Source: Bifidobacterium breve
GTDB lineage: Bacteria; Actinomycetota; Actinomycetes; S36-B12; UBA5976
DNA: 55,328 nucleotides
Assembly (NCBI GenBank): GCA_945866135.1
Contig: CAMBGF010000002.1
Span: forward strand, 1-55,328
Direction of reading: 5' to 3'
The translations under genes and the position numbers were made by a program. The notes below the pieces were generated by a model. It was not told the DNA's origin. It searched no databases and was given only the letters and a program-made list of their open reading frames with translations. How positions within the stretch are numbered: position 1 is the stretch's first letter; each line of letters opens with the position of its first letter. This document shows, piece by piece, positions 37,491 through 47,188 of the stretch.

Positions 37491-38378
37491 ATGGCTTACG
37501 CCGAAGAGGAAGACACCCCACTAGCAACAGCCGCTGCTGCTGCGGTTTATGTCCGGCGCGGCTTAAAAGGCACATTTACCAAGCCCAAATCAACTCGAAT
37601 TATCACTATTGTCAATCAAAAAGGTGGAGTTGGTAAAACCACCACGGCGGTAAATTTAGCTGCCGCCATGGGTCTAGCTGGGCTAAAAGTCCTAGTAATC
37701 GACCTGGATCCACAAGGAAATGCCAGCACTGCCTTTGGAATCGATCATTATGAAGATGCCAGCGGATCCTTTGATGTGTTACTTGATGGCGCTTCAATTG
37801 CAAGCATGATGACCAAGGCCCAAGGCTTTGACTCGCTTTGGGTTTTACCCGCCACCCTGGACTTAGCTGGCGCAGACATTGAACTTATTACGACAGTAGC
37901 TGAGGGTAAGCGACCATTTCTGCTTAAAACTGCGTTATCGCAGTTTTTGGATGACCACGAGATGGATTACATATTCATCGATTGCCCGCCAAGTTTAGGA
38001 CTTTTAACGATTAACGCCCTGGCGGCGGTAAAAGAGGTGCTAATCCCAATTCAGTGCGAGTTTTACGCACTTGAAGGTGTACAACAATTGTTGCGCACTA
38101 TCGAATTCGTGAAAGAACGCATTAATCCAGAGTTAGAAGTAAGCACCATTTTGCTAACTATGTACAACTCAACAACTAATTTATCGGCCTCGGTAGTCGA
38201 GGAAGTACGAGGATATTTTGGGAAAAAGGTATTGGTCACAGTAATACCAAGATCTACTTATGTGGCAGAGGCGCCGTCATTTGGCCAGTCAGTTATGACT
38301 TATGACCCAGGCTCAACCGGGGCAGTTGCTTACCTAGCGGCAGCTCGAGAAATCACAGAACGTAAAGTGAAGGGATAG
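37491..38378 (+). CDS. parA: Chromosome partitioning ATPase ParA (Soj)
   Basis: Deviant Walker A NQKGGVGKTTTAVNLA. The ATG at 37491 is preceded by GAGGTTGG. The 21-codon upstream extension in the track is unsupported. Confidence 0.92.
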   Translation: MAYAEEEDTPLATAAAAAVYVRRGLKGTFTKPKSTRIITIVNQKGGVGKTTTAVNLAAAMGLAGLKVLVIDLDPQGNASTAFGIDHYEDASGSFDVLLDGASIASMMTKAQGFDSLWVLPATLDLAGADIELITTVAEGKRPFLLKTALSQFLDDHEMDYIFIDCPPSLGLLTINALAAVKEVLIPIQCEFYALEGVQQLLRTIEFVKERINPELEVSTILLTMYNSTTNLSASVVEEVRGYFGKKVLVTVIPRSTYVAEAPSFGQSVMTYDPGSTGAVAYLAAAREITERKVKG

Positions 38379-38381
38379 TTA

Positions 38382-39479
38382 ATGGCTAAGCGACAAAGTT
38401 TAGGACGTGGTCTGGGAGCACTTATTCCAGATGTTTCACGTGAAACAACGGCCAAGAAATCTGCGGCTAAACCCACAAAAAAGTCATCAGCTACGCCGGC
38501 TAAGGCAAGTAAGCGACCAACTGCGTTACCGCCGAAAAAGGCCGCAACAAAGGGCGCGACAGCACAAAAGCCAATTAAGGCAACAACTAAGGCTCCTACC
38601 GCAAAACCCAAAGCGGATAGCCAGCAGCCAGAGCAACCTAAGGCGATCGCGGGCCTGACATTTGCTGAACTGAACGTGCGCTCGATTGTGCCAAACGCAC
38701 AGCAACCGCGCCAAGTATTTGACGATGAAGCCCTGGCCGAGTTGGTCCACTCCATTAAAGAGGTCGGACTGCTGCAGCCAATTGTGGTGCGCCCTGCCCC
38801 AGGGGGACGTTATGAACTAGTGGCTGGTGAGCGTCGCCTCCGGGCTACAAAAAAGGCCGGATTTAAGACGATTCCAGCCCTAATTCGCGAGACTGCAGAT
38901 GATCAGATGTTGCGGGATGCCTTGCTAGAGAACCTGCATCGCGCCGCTTTAACCCCGCTGGAAGAAGCCTCGGCTTACAAGCAACTTTTAGAAGATTTCG
39001 GCGGCACGCAAGAAGAGTTAGCTACCCGGCTGGGACGATCACGGCCACAGATTTCCAATACGCTTCGGCTGCTTAATTTGCCGCCAGCGGTGCAACGCCG
39101 AGTTGCTGCTGGGGTAATTTCTGCAGGGCATGCGCGCGCTTTACTTGGACTTAAGGATCAAAGTGCGATCGAAAGATTAGCTAATCGCATAGTTGCTGAA
39201 GGTCTGTCGGTGCGAACCGTGGAAGAGATAGTTTCCTTGGGCCAAGATGATAAACCAGCGAATAAGACCACTAAGAAAACCGCTGGCAAGATTAGTGCTC
39301 CTGGCCTTAAATCAATTGGTGATCGACTCTCTGACAAACTCGATACGAGAGTTACCGTCACACTTGGCCGCACGCGCGGCAAAGTGATCGTTGAATTTGC
39401 TACCTTAGAAGATTTGCAAAGAATTGTTGACGTAATTGATCCGAAAGCTCGTGGAATGTTTGGCGAACCAGTTAAATAA
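38382..39479 (+). CDS. parB: Chromosome partitioning protein ParB (Spo0J) with extended basic low-complexity N-terminal insert
   Basis: N-terminal GLGRGLGALIP, ParB box VAGERRLRAT and HTH (QEELATRLGRSRPQISNTLRLL). Residues about 23-88 are K/A/P/T-rich. Confidence 0.92.
   Translation: MAKRQSLGRGLGALIPDVSRETTAKKSAAKPTKKSSATPAKASKRPTALPPKKAATKGATAQKPIKATTKAPTAKPKADSQQPEQPKAIAGLTFAELNVRSIVPNAQQPRQVFDDEALAELVHSIKEVGLLQPIVVRPAPGGRYELVAGERRLRATKKAGFKTIPALIRETADDQMLRDALLENLHRAALTPLEEASAYKQLLEDFGGTQEELATRLGRSRPQISNTLRLLNLPPAVQRRVAAGVISAGHARALLGLKDQSAIERLANRIVAEGLSVRTVEEIVSLGQDDKPANKTTKKTAGKISAPGLKSIGDRLSDKLDTRVTVTLGRTRGKVIVEFATLEDLQRIVDVIDPKARGMFGEPVK
38432..38447. other. parS: parS site (perfect TGTTTCACGTGAAACA) inside the parB 5' coding region
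   Basis: Perfect 16-bp palindrome encoding part of …DVSRET… of ParB. Confidence 0.9.
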
Positions 39480-39504
39480 GGAACGCAGGTTCACTAATTT
39501 ATTG

Positions 39505-39526
39505 AAATGTGATGCAGGTCACATTT
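39505..39526. terminator. Short hairpin between convergent parB and cwlM (possible bidirectional terminator)
   Basis: Stem AAATGTGA/TCACATTT with a 6-nt loop. The A/T runs form part of the stem on both strands. The structure is weak. Confidence 0.35.
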
Positions 39527-39530
39527 TAAG

Positions 39531-40616
39531 TTAACCAATACGCGGAGCTAAAATCCGTGTGATTGCTGAACTTAAGCCAGCTGCTAGGCAATCTCGAACG
39601 CCAGGATCGGATAAAGCCAAACTATCTTTAGGACTTGTGGCGTAACCAAGTTCAACCCGAATACTAGGCATTCGGGTCAAGCGTAAAAGATCCCAAGTTT
39701 TTGCGTGGGTACGAGCATCTGTTAATTGGGTCCGCGAAACTAGCTCTTCCTGCGCAATCTCAGCTAGCCGGCTGCCAGTTGCGGACCTGGAAAATTCATG
39801 TCCAAAGTAATAAGTAGCAACACCATTAGCGCCCGGATTGTCGTGTTGATCTAGGCCCAAGCCAATAATTAAATCCACATTGCTTTCGTTGGCCAGCGCT
39901 GCGCGAGTGCGCTCACCATCAGTTGGGCGATTCTTTGGCCGGGTAAGTAGCACTAAAGTTCCCATTGCAGCTAAGCGACCCTCCAGTCTTGCTGCGACAT
40001 CCCAACAAATGTCAGCATGCGAAAGTTCGCTGCCAAATATGGGAGTAGCCAAATCACTTGGGTCAAGCAAAATTGAACAGGTTTCTACAGTTCGAGACTT
40101 CCCAAAATTTGCAACCGTAGAAAGCTCGCGCAGATGCTCCTGGCTACCGCCAGAAATAGTTCGGGCTAGCCGGTGATACGCCCGAAAGAACTGTGGACCG
40201 CATATACCGTCGACATCAAGGCCGACATTTCGCTGAAACTCGCGTACCGCGCCGTCAGTAGCTTTACTAAAAATCCCATCAACCCGATCAAGTGCGAAAC
40301 CTAATTCAATAAGTCTTTGTTGTAATTGCGCAACATCTTCACCATGTATTTGGTGACCCGGGGTAAAACTTAAAACTCGATCGCCAACGCCCCAACGCGC
40401 TTCCTCGAGTCTGCGAAAAGTTTGCGGGCCGACTAAGCCATCAACAGTTAAGCCACGACTTTGTTGAAAATAACGCAGCGCAGCTAACAAGATGTCATCA
40501 AAAACATCCGGCGCTGCGCTGACGTTAGAACTCAAAAGTCCCAAGCGGACTAGCCGATCCCGGACCTCCATAACGCCAGGTCCTTGATCACCGATCCGCA
40601 GGATCGAAACGCTCAT
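39531..40616 (-). CDS. cwlM: CwlM-like N-acetylmuramoyl-L-alanine amidase-fold protein with two peptidoglycan-binding domains
   Basis: Two PG_binding_1 repeats (GDQGPGVMEVRDRLVRLGL and GEDVAQLQQRLIELGF) plus a C-terminal Amidase_3-type domain. The trxB-trxA-cwlM order matches M. tuberculosis Rv3913-Rv3915. Confidence 0.85.
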   Translation of the reverse strand: MSVSILRIGDQGPGVMEVRDRLVRLGLLSSNVSAAPDVFDDILLAALRYFQQSRGLTVDGLVGPQTFRRLEEARWGVGDRVLSFTPGHQIHGEDVAQLQQRLIELGFALDRVDGIFSKATDGAVREFQRNVGLDVDGICGPQFFRAYHRLARTISGGSQEHLRELSTVANFGKSRTVETCSILLDPSDLATPIFGSELSHADICWDVAARLEGRLAAMGTLVLLTRPKNRPTDGERTRAALANESNVDLIIGLGLDQHDNPGANGVATYYFGHEFSRSATGSRLAEIAQEELVSRTQLTDARTHAKTWDLLRLTRMPSIRVELGYATSPKDSLALSDPGVRDCLAAGLSSAITRILAPRIG

Positions 40617-40623
40617 ATGAGAC

Positions 40624-40947
40624 TTAAATGTATTCAGCTAAATCTGATAGCAGAGCAGCTTTTGGCTTTGCGCCAATGATCTGCTTAACAACTTCGCCAT
40701 TTAAATAAACATTCATAGTTGGAATCGAGGAAACACCGTAGTTGGCCGCGGTTGCAGGATTCTCGTCAACATTTAGTTTCAGAATCGTAAGTTTGTCGCC
40801 GTGAGCAGCGGCAATCTCTTCCAAGATTGGACCGATCATCTTGCACGGACCACACCATTCAGCCCAAAAATCGACCAGTACTGGCTTAGCACTCTTTAGC
40901 ACATCGTCGGAAAACGATGCATCTGTTACGGCTGCGGTAGCACCCAT
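40624..40947 (-). CDS. trxA: Thioredoxin
   Basis: WCGPC active site. The ATG at 40947 is preceded by GAGGAG. The protein is 107 aa. The 17-codon extension in the track is unsupported. Confidence 0.93.
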   Translation of the reverse strand: MGATAAVTDASFSDDVLKSAKPVLVDFWAEWCGPCKMIGPILEEIAAAHGDKLTILKLNVDENPATAANYGVSSIPTMNVYLNGEVVKQIIGAKPKAALLSDLAEYI

Positions 40948-41013
40948 GATTACTCCTCTTTTTGCGATTATCTTAAGCCTAATTGGTGGGGTATCCACAA
41001 CTTAGGTTATTTC

Positions 41014-41955
41014 TTATTTACTGTGCAGGCTTGCTAAAAAACGTTCCGCATCAAGGGCTGCGCTACACCCAGTACCGGCAGCAGTGATGGCTTGGCGGTA
41101 GGTGTGATCAACCAAGTCACCGCAAGCAAATACGCCAGCAAGATTAGTTTGCGTAGTTCCAGTTTTAGTCAGGACGTAACCAGCAGGATCTAGATCTACT
41201 TGACCCTTAAGCAATTCTGAGCGCGGGTCATGTCCGATCGCGACAAATAATCCAGTCACTGCAAGCTCACTTGTCTTACCAGAATTGATATCACGAATCG
41301 TTAAGCCCGACAATTTTGCATCACCATGCAAATCCGCAACTTCACTATTCCAAATAAATTTAATTTTAGGATTATTATGAGCGCGTTCAGCCATGATTTT
41401 GCTGGCTCGAAGCTCATCGCGACGATGAATCATGGTTACACTTTTTGCAAATCGTGTTAGAAAAGTTGCTTCTTCAACAGCGGAGTCGCCACCACCAACG
41501 ACTGCGATATCTTGATCTCGGAAAAAGAAGCCATCGCAAGTTGCGCACCAAGAGACGCCATGTCCAGATAGCCGCTTTTCATTTTCTAAACCAAGTTGGC
41601 GGTAGCTTGAACCCGTTGCGAGAATAACGGAATGCGCTTGGTGCTCTTTGCCTTCGCCATCAATAACTGTCTTTATTTCCTGCGTTAAATTAGCAACAGT
41701 GACGTCGTCAGTAATTAGATTGGCACCAAATCGAACTGCTTGGGCACGCATATTTTCCATTAAAGCTGGTCCCATAATTCCGTCTTCGAAGCCAGGAAAA
41801 TTCTCTACTTCAGTGGTATTCATAAGCGCGCCACCAGCGGTAACAGCGCCCTCAAATACAACTGGTTGCAATTGCGCTCGAGCTGCATAAATCGCTGCGG
41901 TATAACCAGCCGGTCCAGAGCCGATGATTATTACGTCATTAATTGCTTGTGACAT
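41014..41955 (-). CDS. trxB: Thioredoxin-disulfide reductase
   Basis: FAD motif [10 protein letters not shown], redox CATCDG and NADPH motif [10 protein letters not shown]. Confidence 0.95.
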   Translation of the reverse strand: MSQAINDVIIIGSGPAGYTAAIYAARAQLQPVVFEGAVTAGGALMNTTEVENFPGFEDGIMGPALMENMRAQAVRFGANLITDDVTVANLTQEIKTVIDGEGKEHQAHSVILATGSSYRQLGLENEKRLSGHGVSWCATCDGFFFRDQDIAVVGGGDSAVEEATFLTRFAKSVTMIHRRDELRASKIMAERAHNNPKIKFIWNSEVADLHGDAKLSGLTIRDINSGKTSELAVTGLFVAIGHDPRSELLKGQVDLDPAGYVLTKTGTTQTNLAGVFACGDLVDHTYRQAITAAGTGCSAALDAERFLASLHSK

Positions 41956-42038
41956 CGAAATCCCTCAATAGTTGTAATGGGAGTTTATCACTTTTAGATT
42001 TGCAGGATTTTCCGGTTGCTTTCGTGCGAGCATGCCGG

Positions 42039-43496
42039 CTAGCGAAATACGGTTATTTCTGCAACCCCACCTTGGAATTTTCCGGAATTCGCTTTTGGTA
42101 AATCTGGAGTTAACCAAATAACTACGTAACGACCAGATGTTGGCTCACCCGCTAGGACGGAGGCAGTGTTTGTAGACCCATCAGTCTGACCAAATTTTGC
42201 AGCAGTTGCAAAATCGAGCGCAGGCGAATCACCAACATAAATCTGGGCAGTATGGCCAGCAGAGATAAATTCCAGGTCAATTTTTGTTACCAGCGTTGAC
42301 GCGCCAAGATCAAGGATCAACCCAACTCCAGATTTACCCATATCCGCTTTTCGGTACGCCACAGTAGTCCAAGCTGTTTTGGTGTCGCCGTCAATGGCTA
42401 ATTGAGCTAACTCCGCATTTTCACTGTCATCGCCGAATGGGTCGTAAGTTGAAATACCTGAAATTGCTGCCTTCTCACCCGTTCCAACTGGAATAGTGAT
42501 TTCGACACTCGGCAGCGGTGAATTGATACTTTCAACAATTGAGTCAGAGGTCTTAAAATTACTTGTCAGCAGTTGCCACCCAATCCAGCCAAAAATTGCA
42601 ACTGCTAAAGCAGCTACTGCAACTACTTTGAATCGACTAGCAGTACTCCCATCCTCTGGGTGCCAAGTTACTGAGTTCGCAGTAAATCGCGTAACTCGCG
42701 CTTGCAAGTTTTCGACAACTTCAACTTCTCCTACGGAGAGGGCATCGATAAGTTGGCGCATTGAGGAAAATTCACCCGTTTGCGTGCGCCGATATATTTG
42801 ATCGATTCCATTTTGAATACCGCCATGAACCTCACTTGGCAAAACTATTGTTGCGTCGCTGGTTGATCGTGCTACCGGCAGGGAATCCACACTTGACAGA
42901 GGCCACATCCCAGTAACCATGACAAATAACAAATTGCCAACGCCCTTGATGTCTTGCTGCACACCATTGGTTGAATCTGGTCCCATCAGGGCGCTGTCTA
43001 AACCGAAGCCACTAAGTCGAACATTTTGACCCTCGGAGAAAATTAAGTTGTGTGGACGCAGACGACGATGAAATATGTTGAGGGAATGGGCGTAGGCGAG
43101 AGAATTAGCGATTATGCCAACCTGCTTTAAGGCAATTTCCACATCAATTACTTCGCCACGTTTAATTAACAACTGGTCTAGCGATTCACCATCAAGCCAT
43201 TCAAAGACAATTCCAACGTAAGACTCCGGGGAATCAGTTAAGGAATCCCCAGTTATAGTTCCGGAAGAGATAACATCCAAGATCGCGATTACATCACGTC
43301 TGTCATTTGCCGCAGCGCTCTGGCACTCTTGCAATAATTTCACGCTACGCAGATCAGAAGTAGGAAGTAAAACCAGAGTCACCCAGCGCTTAAGCAATAG
43401 ATCCATGGCGCGCCACATGGGAGAGCTAAGCGAACTAGCGATTTGAACGTCTAGTTTGTACTGACCAGCAAAGATTCGCTGCCCATCGCTACTCAT
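42039..43496 (-). CDS. Membrane-spanning pseudokinase with extracellular beta-rich (discoidin/CBM-like) domain
   Basis: Kinase fold with degenerate catalytic motifs. There is no GxGxxG loop, VAIK is replaced by VTLVLL, HRDLKPxN by HRRLRPHN, and DFG by GFG. One TM helix (VVAVAALAVAIFGWIGWQLL) is followed by a C-terminal domain of about 160 aa. Confidence 0.75.
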   Translation of the reverse strand: MSSDGQRIFAGQYKLDVQIASSLSSPMWRAMDLLLKRWVTLVLLPTSDLRSVKLLQECQSAAANDRRDVIAILDVISSGTITGDSLTDSPESYVGIVFEWLDGESLDQLLIKRGEVIDVEIALKQVGIIANSLAYAHSLNIFHRRLRPHNLIFSEGQNVRLSGFGLDSALMGPDSTNGVQQDIKGVGNLLFVMVTGMWPLSSVDSLPVARSTSDATIVLPSEVHGGIQNGIDQIYRRTQTGEFSSMRQLIDALSVGEVEVVENLQARVTRFTANSVTWHPEDGSTASRFKVVAVAALAVAIFGWIGWQLLTSNFKTSDSIVESINSPLPSVEITIPVGTGEKAAISGISTYDPFGDDSENAELAQLAIDGDTKTAWTTVAYRKADMGKSGVGLILDLGASTLVTKIDLEFISAGHTAQIYVGDSPALDFATAAKFGQTDGSTNTASVLAGEPTSGRYVVIWLTPDLPKANSGKFQGGVAEITVFR

Positions 43497-43513
43497 GTCG
43501 TAATTGTAGTTGG

Positions 43514-45130
43514 CTACTTGCGACGCACTAAGGCCAGGACGGCCGATACTTCAGAAATTCGAAAAAGTTTCGCAAGTGCTAAATAAGAAGCAGAATAACT
43601 TACGGCAAAACTTGCGATTGCAAGTCCAAGGCGAAGCGCAGAGACGCCAGGCTCGTCTACGATCGTCAACCGGACTAACAAGTAAGAGACTGTGGCTGCT
43701 AGAAGACCTGCAACACTGACCCGAATCAGTAAGCGTAAATGGCCATTGTTTCGCAGCGCTGGGACGGTTTTACCTACGCGCCACCAAGTAAATGCGCAGG
43801 TTATAACGTAAGAAATCGAGTAACCGAGAGCTAGCCCGGCAACTTTGTATTGTTGAGGCAGCACGGCAAACAAACTAAATCCAATTGCTATGTGCAACCC
43901 ATTGAAACCCAAGTTGATTAAGAATGGGGTTTTGGTATTTTCTTGGGCATAGTAACTTCGCAACAAAACATAAAATAACGAGAATGCTGGCAACCCCAAA
44001 GCGAACATGGAAGCGATCGCACCGAGAGCTGCTCCTTGCGCAAAAGTTGAGGCACCATATCCATATAACAGCGCGCCAAGCCATGGTCCAGATACCAAAA
44101 TAAAAATTGCACTAGGGATTATTAAGGCAGTAACTAGCCGCAATGAAGCAGAAAGCTCGCTACCAAAAGCATCGTCATTATTGTCATGAGCTTGCTTACT
44201 TAAACGTGGAAGTAGTGCAGTAATAACAGAAACAGTGATGATTGAATGTGGCAACATCATCATAAGTTGAGCTTTTTGGTAGGAAGTAAAACCAACTGCA
44301 ACGACGTTTGGGTCAGTGGACACCAGAACGTTTGCCAAGGTCGTCAAATTTGAAACCAGCAAGAAAGTAACTTGATTTACTAAAACAAAACCAATTGTCC
44401 ACTTAGCAAGATTTCCAATTTTGCTATTGCCCACATTTCTGAATGTGAAATTTGGTTTATAGCGGTAGCCAACTTTTCGTAGCGCTGGAATTAAAATTAA
44501 TGCCTGAGCCATAACGCCGAGTGTGGTGCCAAAACCTAATAAATTAATTTGCGCTGTTGTAATAGTTTGCGCATTTGGGACACCAGACATCATAGAAATA
44601 AAAAGTAGTGCAGTACCAATTACAATAATGTTGTTAGCTATTGGTGCATACATAGGTAACGCGAATGCGTTTCGAGAATTTAGAATCTGCGAAGCTAAAG
44701 TATATAAACCGTAAAACAGAATTTGCGGCAGACACCAGCGGGCAAACATAGTTGCAACATCAAATTCCTCGGGTGTCCATAAACTCGTAGCGTATAAATG
44801 AATTATCAAACCACCAGCAATAACCGTGAGAACAACTATCACGATGAGTATTAAGCCAACTAGGGTCAGGAGTTGGTCAGTGAATTGTTTTCCGTCATCA
44901 GCATCATCTTCCATGTGACGAATCAATGCCGGAATGAATACTGAGTTGATCGCACCACCAGCAATCAATATGTAGATTATGTTCGGGATGCTATTAGCGA
45001 CTGAGTAAGTATCAGAAAAGATTCCGGTTCCAATAGCGGCCACCAAGGCAATGTCGCGGATTACCCCAGTAAGACGACTTGCCAGAGTTCCAGCAGCCAT
45101 GCCAGAAGTTTGACCCAAAAAGGATGACAC
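43514..45130 (-). CDS. murJ: Lipid II flippase MurJ (MviN)
   Basis: 538 aa with 14 predicted TM segments. The MurJ N-terminal signature is …AAGTLASRLTGVIRDIALVAAIGTG…. Confidence 0.9.
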   Translation of the reverse strand: MSSFLGQTSGMAAGTLASRLTGVIRDIALVAAIGTGIFSDTYSVANSIPNIIYILIAGGAINSVFIPALIRHMEDDADDGKQFTDQLLTLVGLILIVIVVLTVIAGGLIIHLYATSLWTPEEFDVATMFARWCLPQILFYGLYTLASQILNSRNAFALPMYAPIANNIIVIGTALLFISMMSGVPNAQTITTAQINLLGFGTTLGVMAQALILIPALRKVGYRYKPNFTFRNVGNSKIGNLAKWTIGFVLVNQVTFLLVSNLTTLANVLVSTDPNVVAVGFTSYQKAQLMMMLPHSIITVSVITALLPRLSKQAHDNNDDAFGSELSASLRLVTALIIPSAIFILVSGPWLGALLYGYGASTFAQGAALGAIASMFALGLPAFSLFYVLLRSYYAQENTKTPFLINLGFNGLHIAIGFSLFAVLPQQYKVAGLALGYSISYVITCAFTWWRVGKTVPALRNNGHLRLLIRVSVAGLLAATVSYLLVRLTIVDEPGVSALRLGLAIASFAVSYSASYLALAKLFRISEVSAVLALVRRK

Positions 45131-45145
45131 CTGCTTAACTACCGC

Positions 45146-47128
45146 CTATTCAGTACTTAATTGGTTAGCTTTAGCGAGGCGAGTTTCCTTGCGCCGCTTA
45201 ACAAAATTGCTCAGCGCAAGTGCAAGTAATAGCCCAAAAGCACCTAACACCAGAGTACGGGCGAACTGACTATAAGCCGCCGAAGAGATTTGGATTTCTT
45301 TACCCGCACCAAACCGCTCGCCATTTGGCGCGATTAGTTGAGCTCGCACCGTGACTATGCCAGCACCAATGAGCGTTATGGAGACTGGCACCGTAACTCG
45401 TTGACCGGGCGCAACTTGTACTAAACCAGAGGGTTGCGCCGAAAACCGTGAGGCTGCTGAGCTGGTAAGTTCCAGACTTACTGAAACATCGCGATCGCTA
45501 GCGTTCACAATGGTTATTGGAATTTGCGAACTTGCTTGCGGCGTAGTGATCTGCTCGGAAGCTTCTAACGCAATTGCGTCAAGATACTCATTTAGTAATT
45601 TTGAGTTTTGCTCGAGATACAAACTAGCCTGCGCATTAGATGGCCAAAGGTCAGAGTAACCAAGTAATCGCGCAGTTGTAAAACTTGCTGCCAAATCTGG
45701 ATCGTTGTACAGCGCAGAAACACTATCGGTATTCATTTTCACTTCGTTAGAAAGTCGAAGTAAGGTGCGACTAAAGCTTCGTGAGTTAACTTTATTGAGC
45801 GCAATAAAACTTTCAGTAGCTTCCTGCGCAGCGATTTCTTGCAATGGGGCCAGCTGCATCCAATTGTGGTTACTTAGCTGTAAAAGTAATTCAGTTAATC
45901 CAAGACTGGAAATCTTCCAATTGGGTGGCGCTAAAACAATAATTGAGCGAGCACTTTGTGGTGACTCAGCAGTTATCATTCCTATTTCAGCCTTGATGCA
46001 TGTCGTTGCACGGAAAAAACTACTTTCATTACTTTCCATGTCTTTTAAACAATTAGATGCTGCAACATCAAATACCAGAACTTGATTAGAAGAAGAAGTT
46101 ACTGAGGCAGTTGTAGTTTCGCGTTCGTTGTCATGAATTGATTGATTGGAAACAATGGATTTGATACTTAGCTGATTTAGCAGGGCAGTTGTAGGGCGAT
46201 CGGATTCGCCACTTATAGGGGTGTAGAAAATCGGAGCACCGGCACTGTTCTGCACAGTTCGAGTGATGATCTCGCCAACTTCAGTTTGCTTACCGGCTCG
46301 CACCAATGCCGAAAGATCAGCATGACCGTAAGGAAGTGCTGGGGCGCCGACCGGCAAAGTAGCTAGCGCAGCGACCAACTCTTTTGCGCTGGCCGTATCA
46401 GTATTAGTTACCAAGTTATTTGCCCAAGTAGAAATTGCTGAATCTACCAACCAAGAAACTGTGGTATTTCCTTGGCTTCGCAATAACGCAGATAATCTAT
46501 CGGCTTCATTTAAATCTGTATTGGCATCAGAAGATTCACCGTTTGCCAAATTTGTACTAAGTGTCGTTAACGGAACCGCCAAAACTACTTTTGTTGGCTG
46601 TACTACCGAGTTGAAAAACCACGGAATCGCAATTGCAGCACTTGGCCCATACTCGCTCGTTTGTGGTGCTAGCCCAATTGCAAAAACCCCTGAGGCATCA
46701 GCCCCCAGTACTTGCTCACCGCGAAATGTTACTTGCCAAGTTTTTGTGACGCCAGGAGCTAGATTGCGTAATCGGGCAGAGACTCCGGTTATGGTTACGG
46801 CCTGGTCATTGAAACTAGCGGGCTCTCTTAGCAATTCCCCAAGTTGGGTTCGGGTAGTAATTGGTCCAAAAGTTGCCAGATCTAAATTTAATACAGATAT
46901 GTATGTGTCAGAAGTGTTTTTATATGTTCCCCGCAAGGTAACTAAGTGCTCAGGAGGTGCGGGCAGAACTTGGGTTTGAATCGGGGTGATCACATAACTT
47001 GAGAACTCAATTGGATCATTGGGCGCAGCACTTGCCGAAGTAGCGCTCAGTCCAAGGGATGTTATTGCAAACAAAGTGGCAATAATTGTCGGCAACGCGC
47101 GCTGACGTCGAAGTTGCAACTGGGTCAC
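45146..47128 (-). CDS. Large secreted or C-terminally anchored conserved protein (Rv3909-position, DUF6049-like)
   Basis: Signal peptide (…LSATSASA), 660 aa, and a C-terminal TM helix plus basic tail. It lies immediately upstream of murJ, as Rv3909 does next to Rv3910. Confidence 0.6.
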   Translation of the reverse strand: MTQLQLRRQRALPTIIATLFAITSLGLSATSASAAPNDPIEFSSYVITPIQTQVLPAPPEHLVTLRGTYKNTSDTYISVLNLDLATFGPITTRTQLGELLREPASFNDQAVTITGVSARLRNLAPGVTKTWQVTFRGEQVLGADASGVFAIGLAPQTSEYGPSAAIAIPWFFNSVVQPTKVVLAVPLTTLSTNLANGESSDANTDLNEADRLSALLRSQGNTTVSWLVDSAISTWANNLVTNTDTASAKELVAALATLPVGAPALPYGHADLSALVRAGKQTEVGEIITRTVQNSAGAPIFYTPISGESDRPTTALLNQLSIKSIVSNQSIHDNERETTTASVTSSSNQVLVFDVAASNCLKDMESNESSFFRATTCIKAEIGMITAESPQSARSIIVLAPPNWKISSLGLTELLLQLSNHNWMQLAPLQEIAAQEATESFIALNKVNSRSFSRTLLRLSNEVKMNTDSVSALYNDPDLAASFTTARLLGYSDLWPSNAQASLYLEQNSKLLNEYLDAIALEASEQITTPQASSQIPITIVNASDRDVSVSLELTSSAASRFSAQPSGLVQVAPGQRVTVPVSITLIGAGIVTVRAQLIAPNGERFGAGKEIQISSAAYSQFARTLVLGAFGLLLALALSNFVKRRKETRLAKANQLSTE

Positions 47129-47188
47129 TACCTCAGAATACCCATAACTAACGCCCTATTCGGGACTACATCTAGGCTAGGTGCAGTC

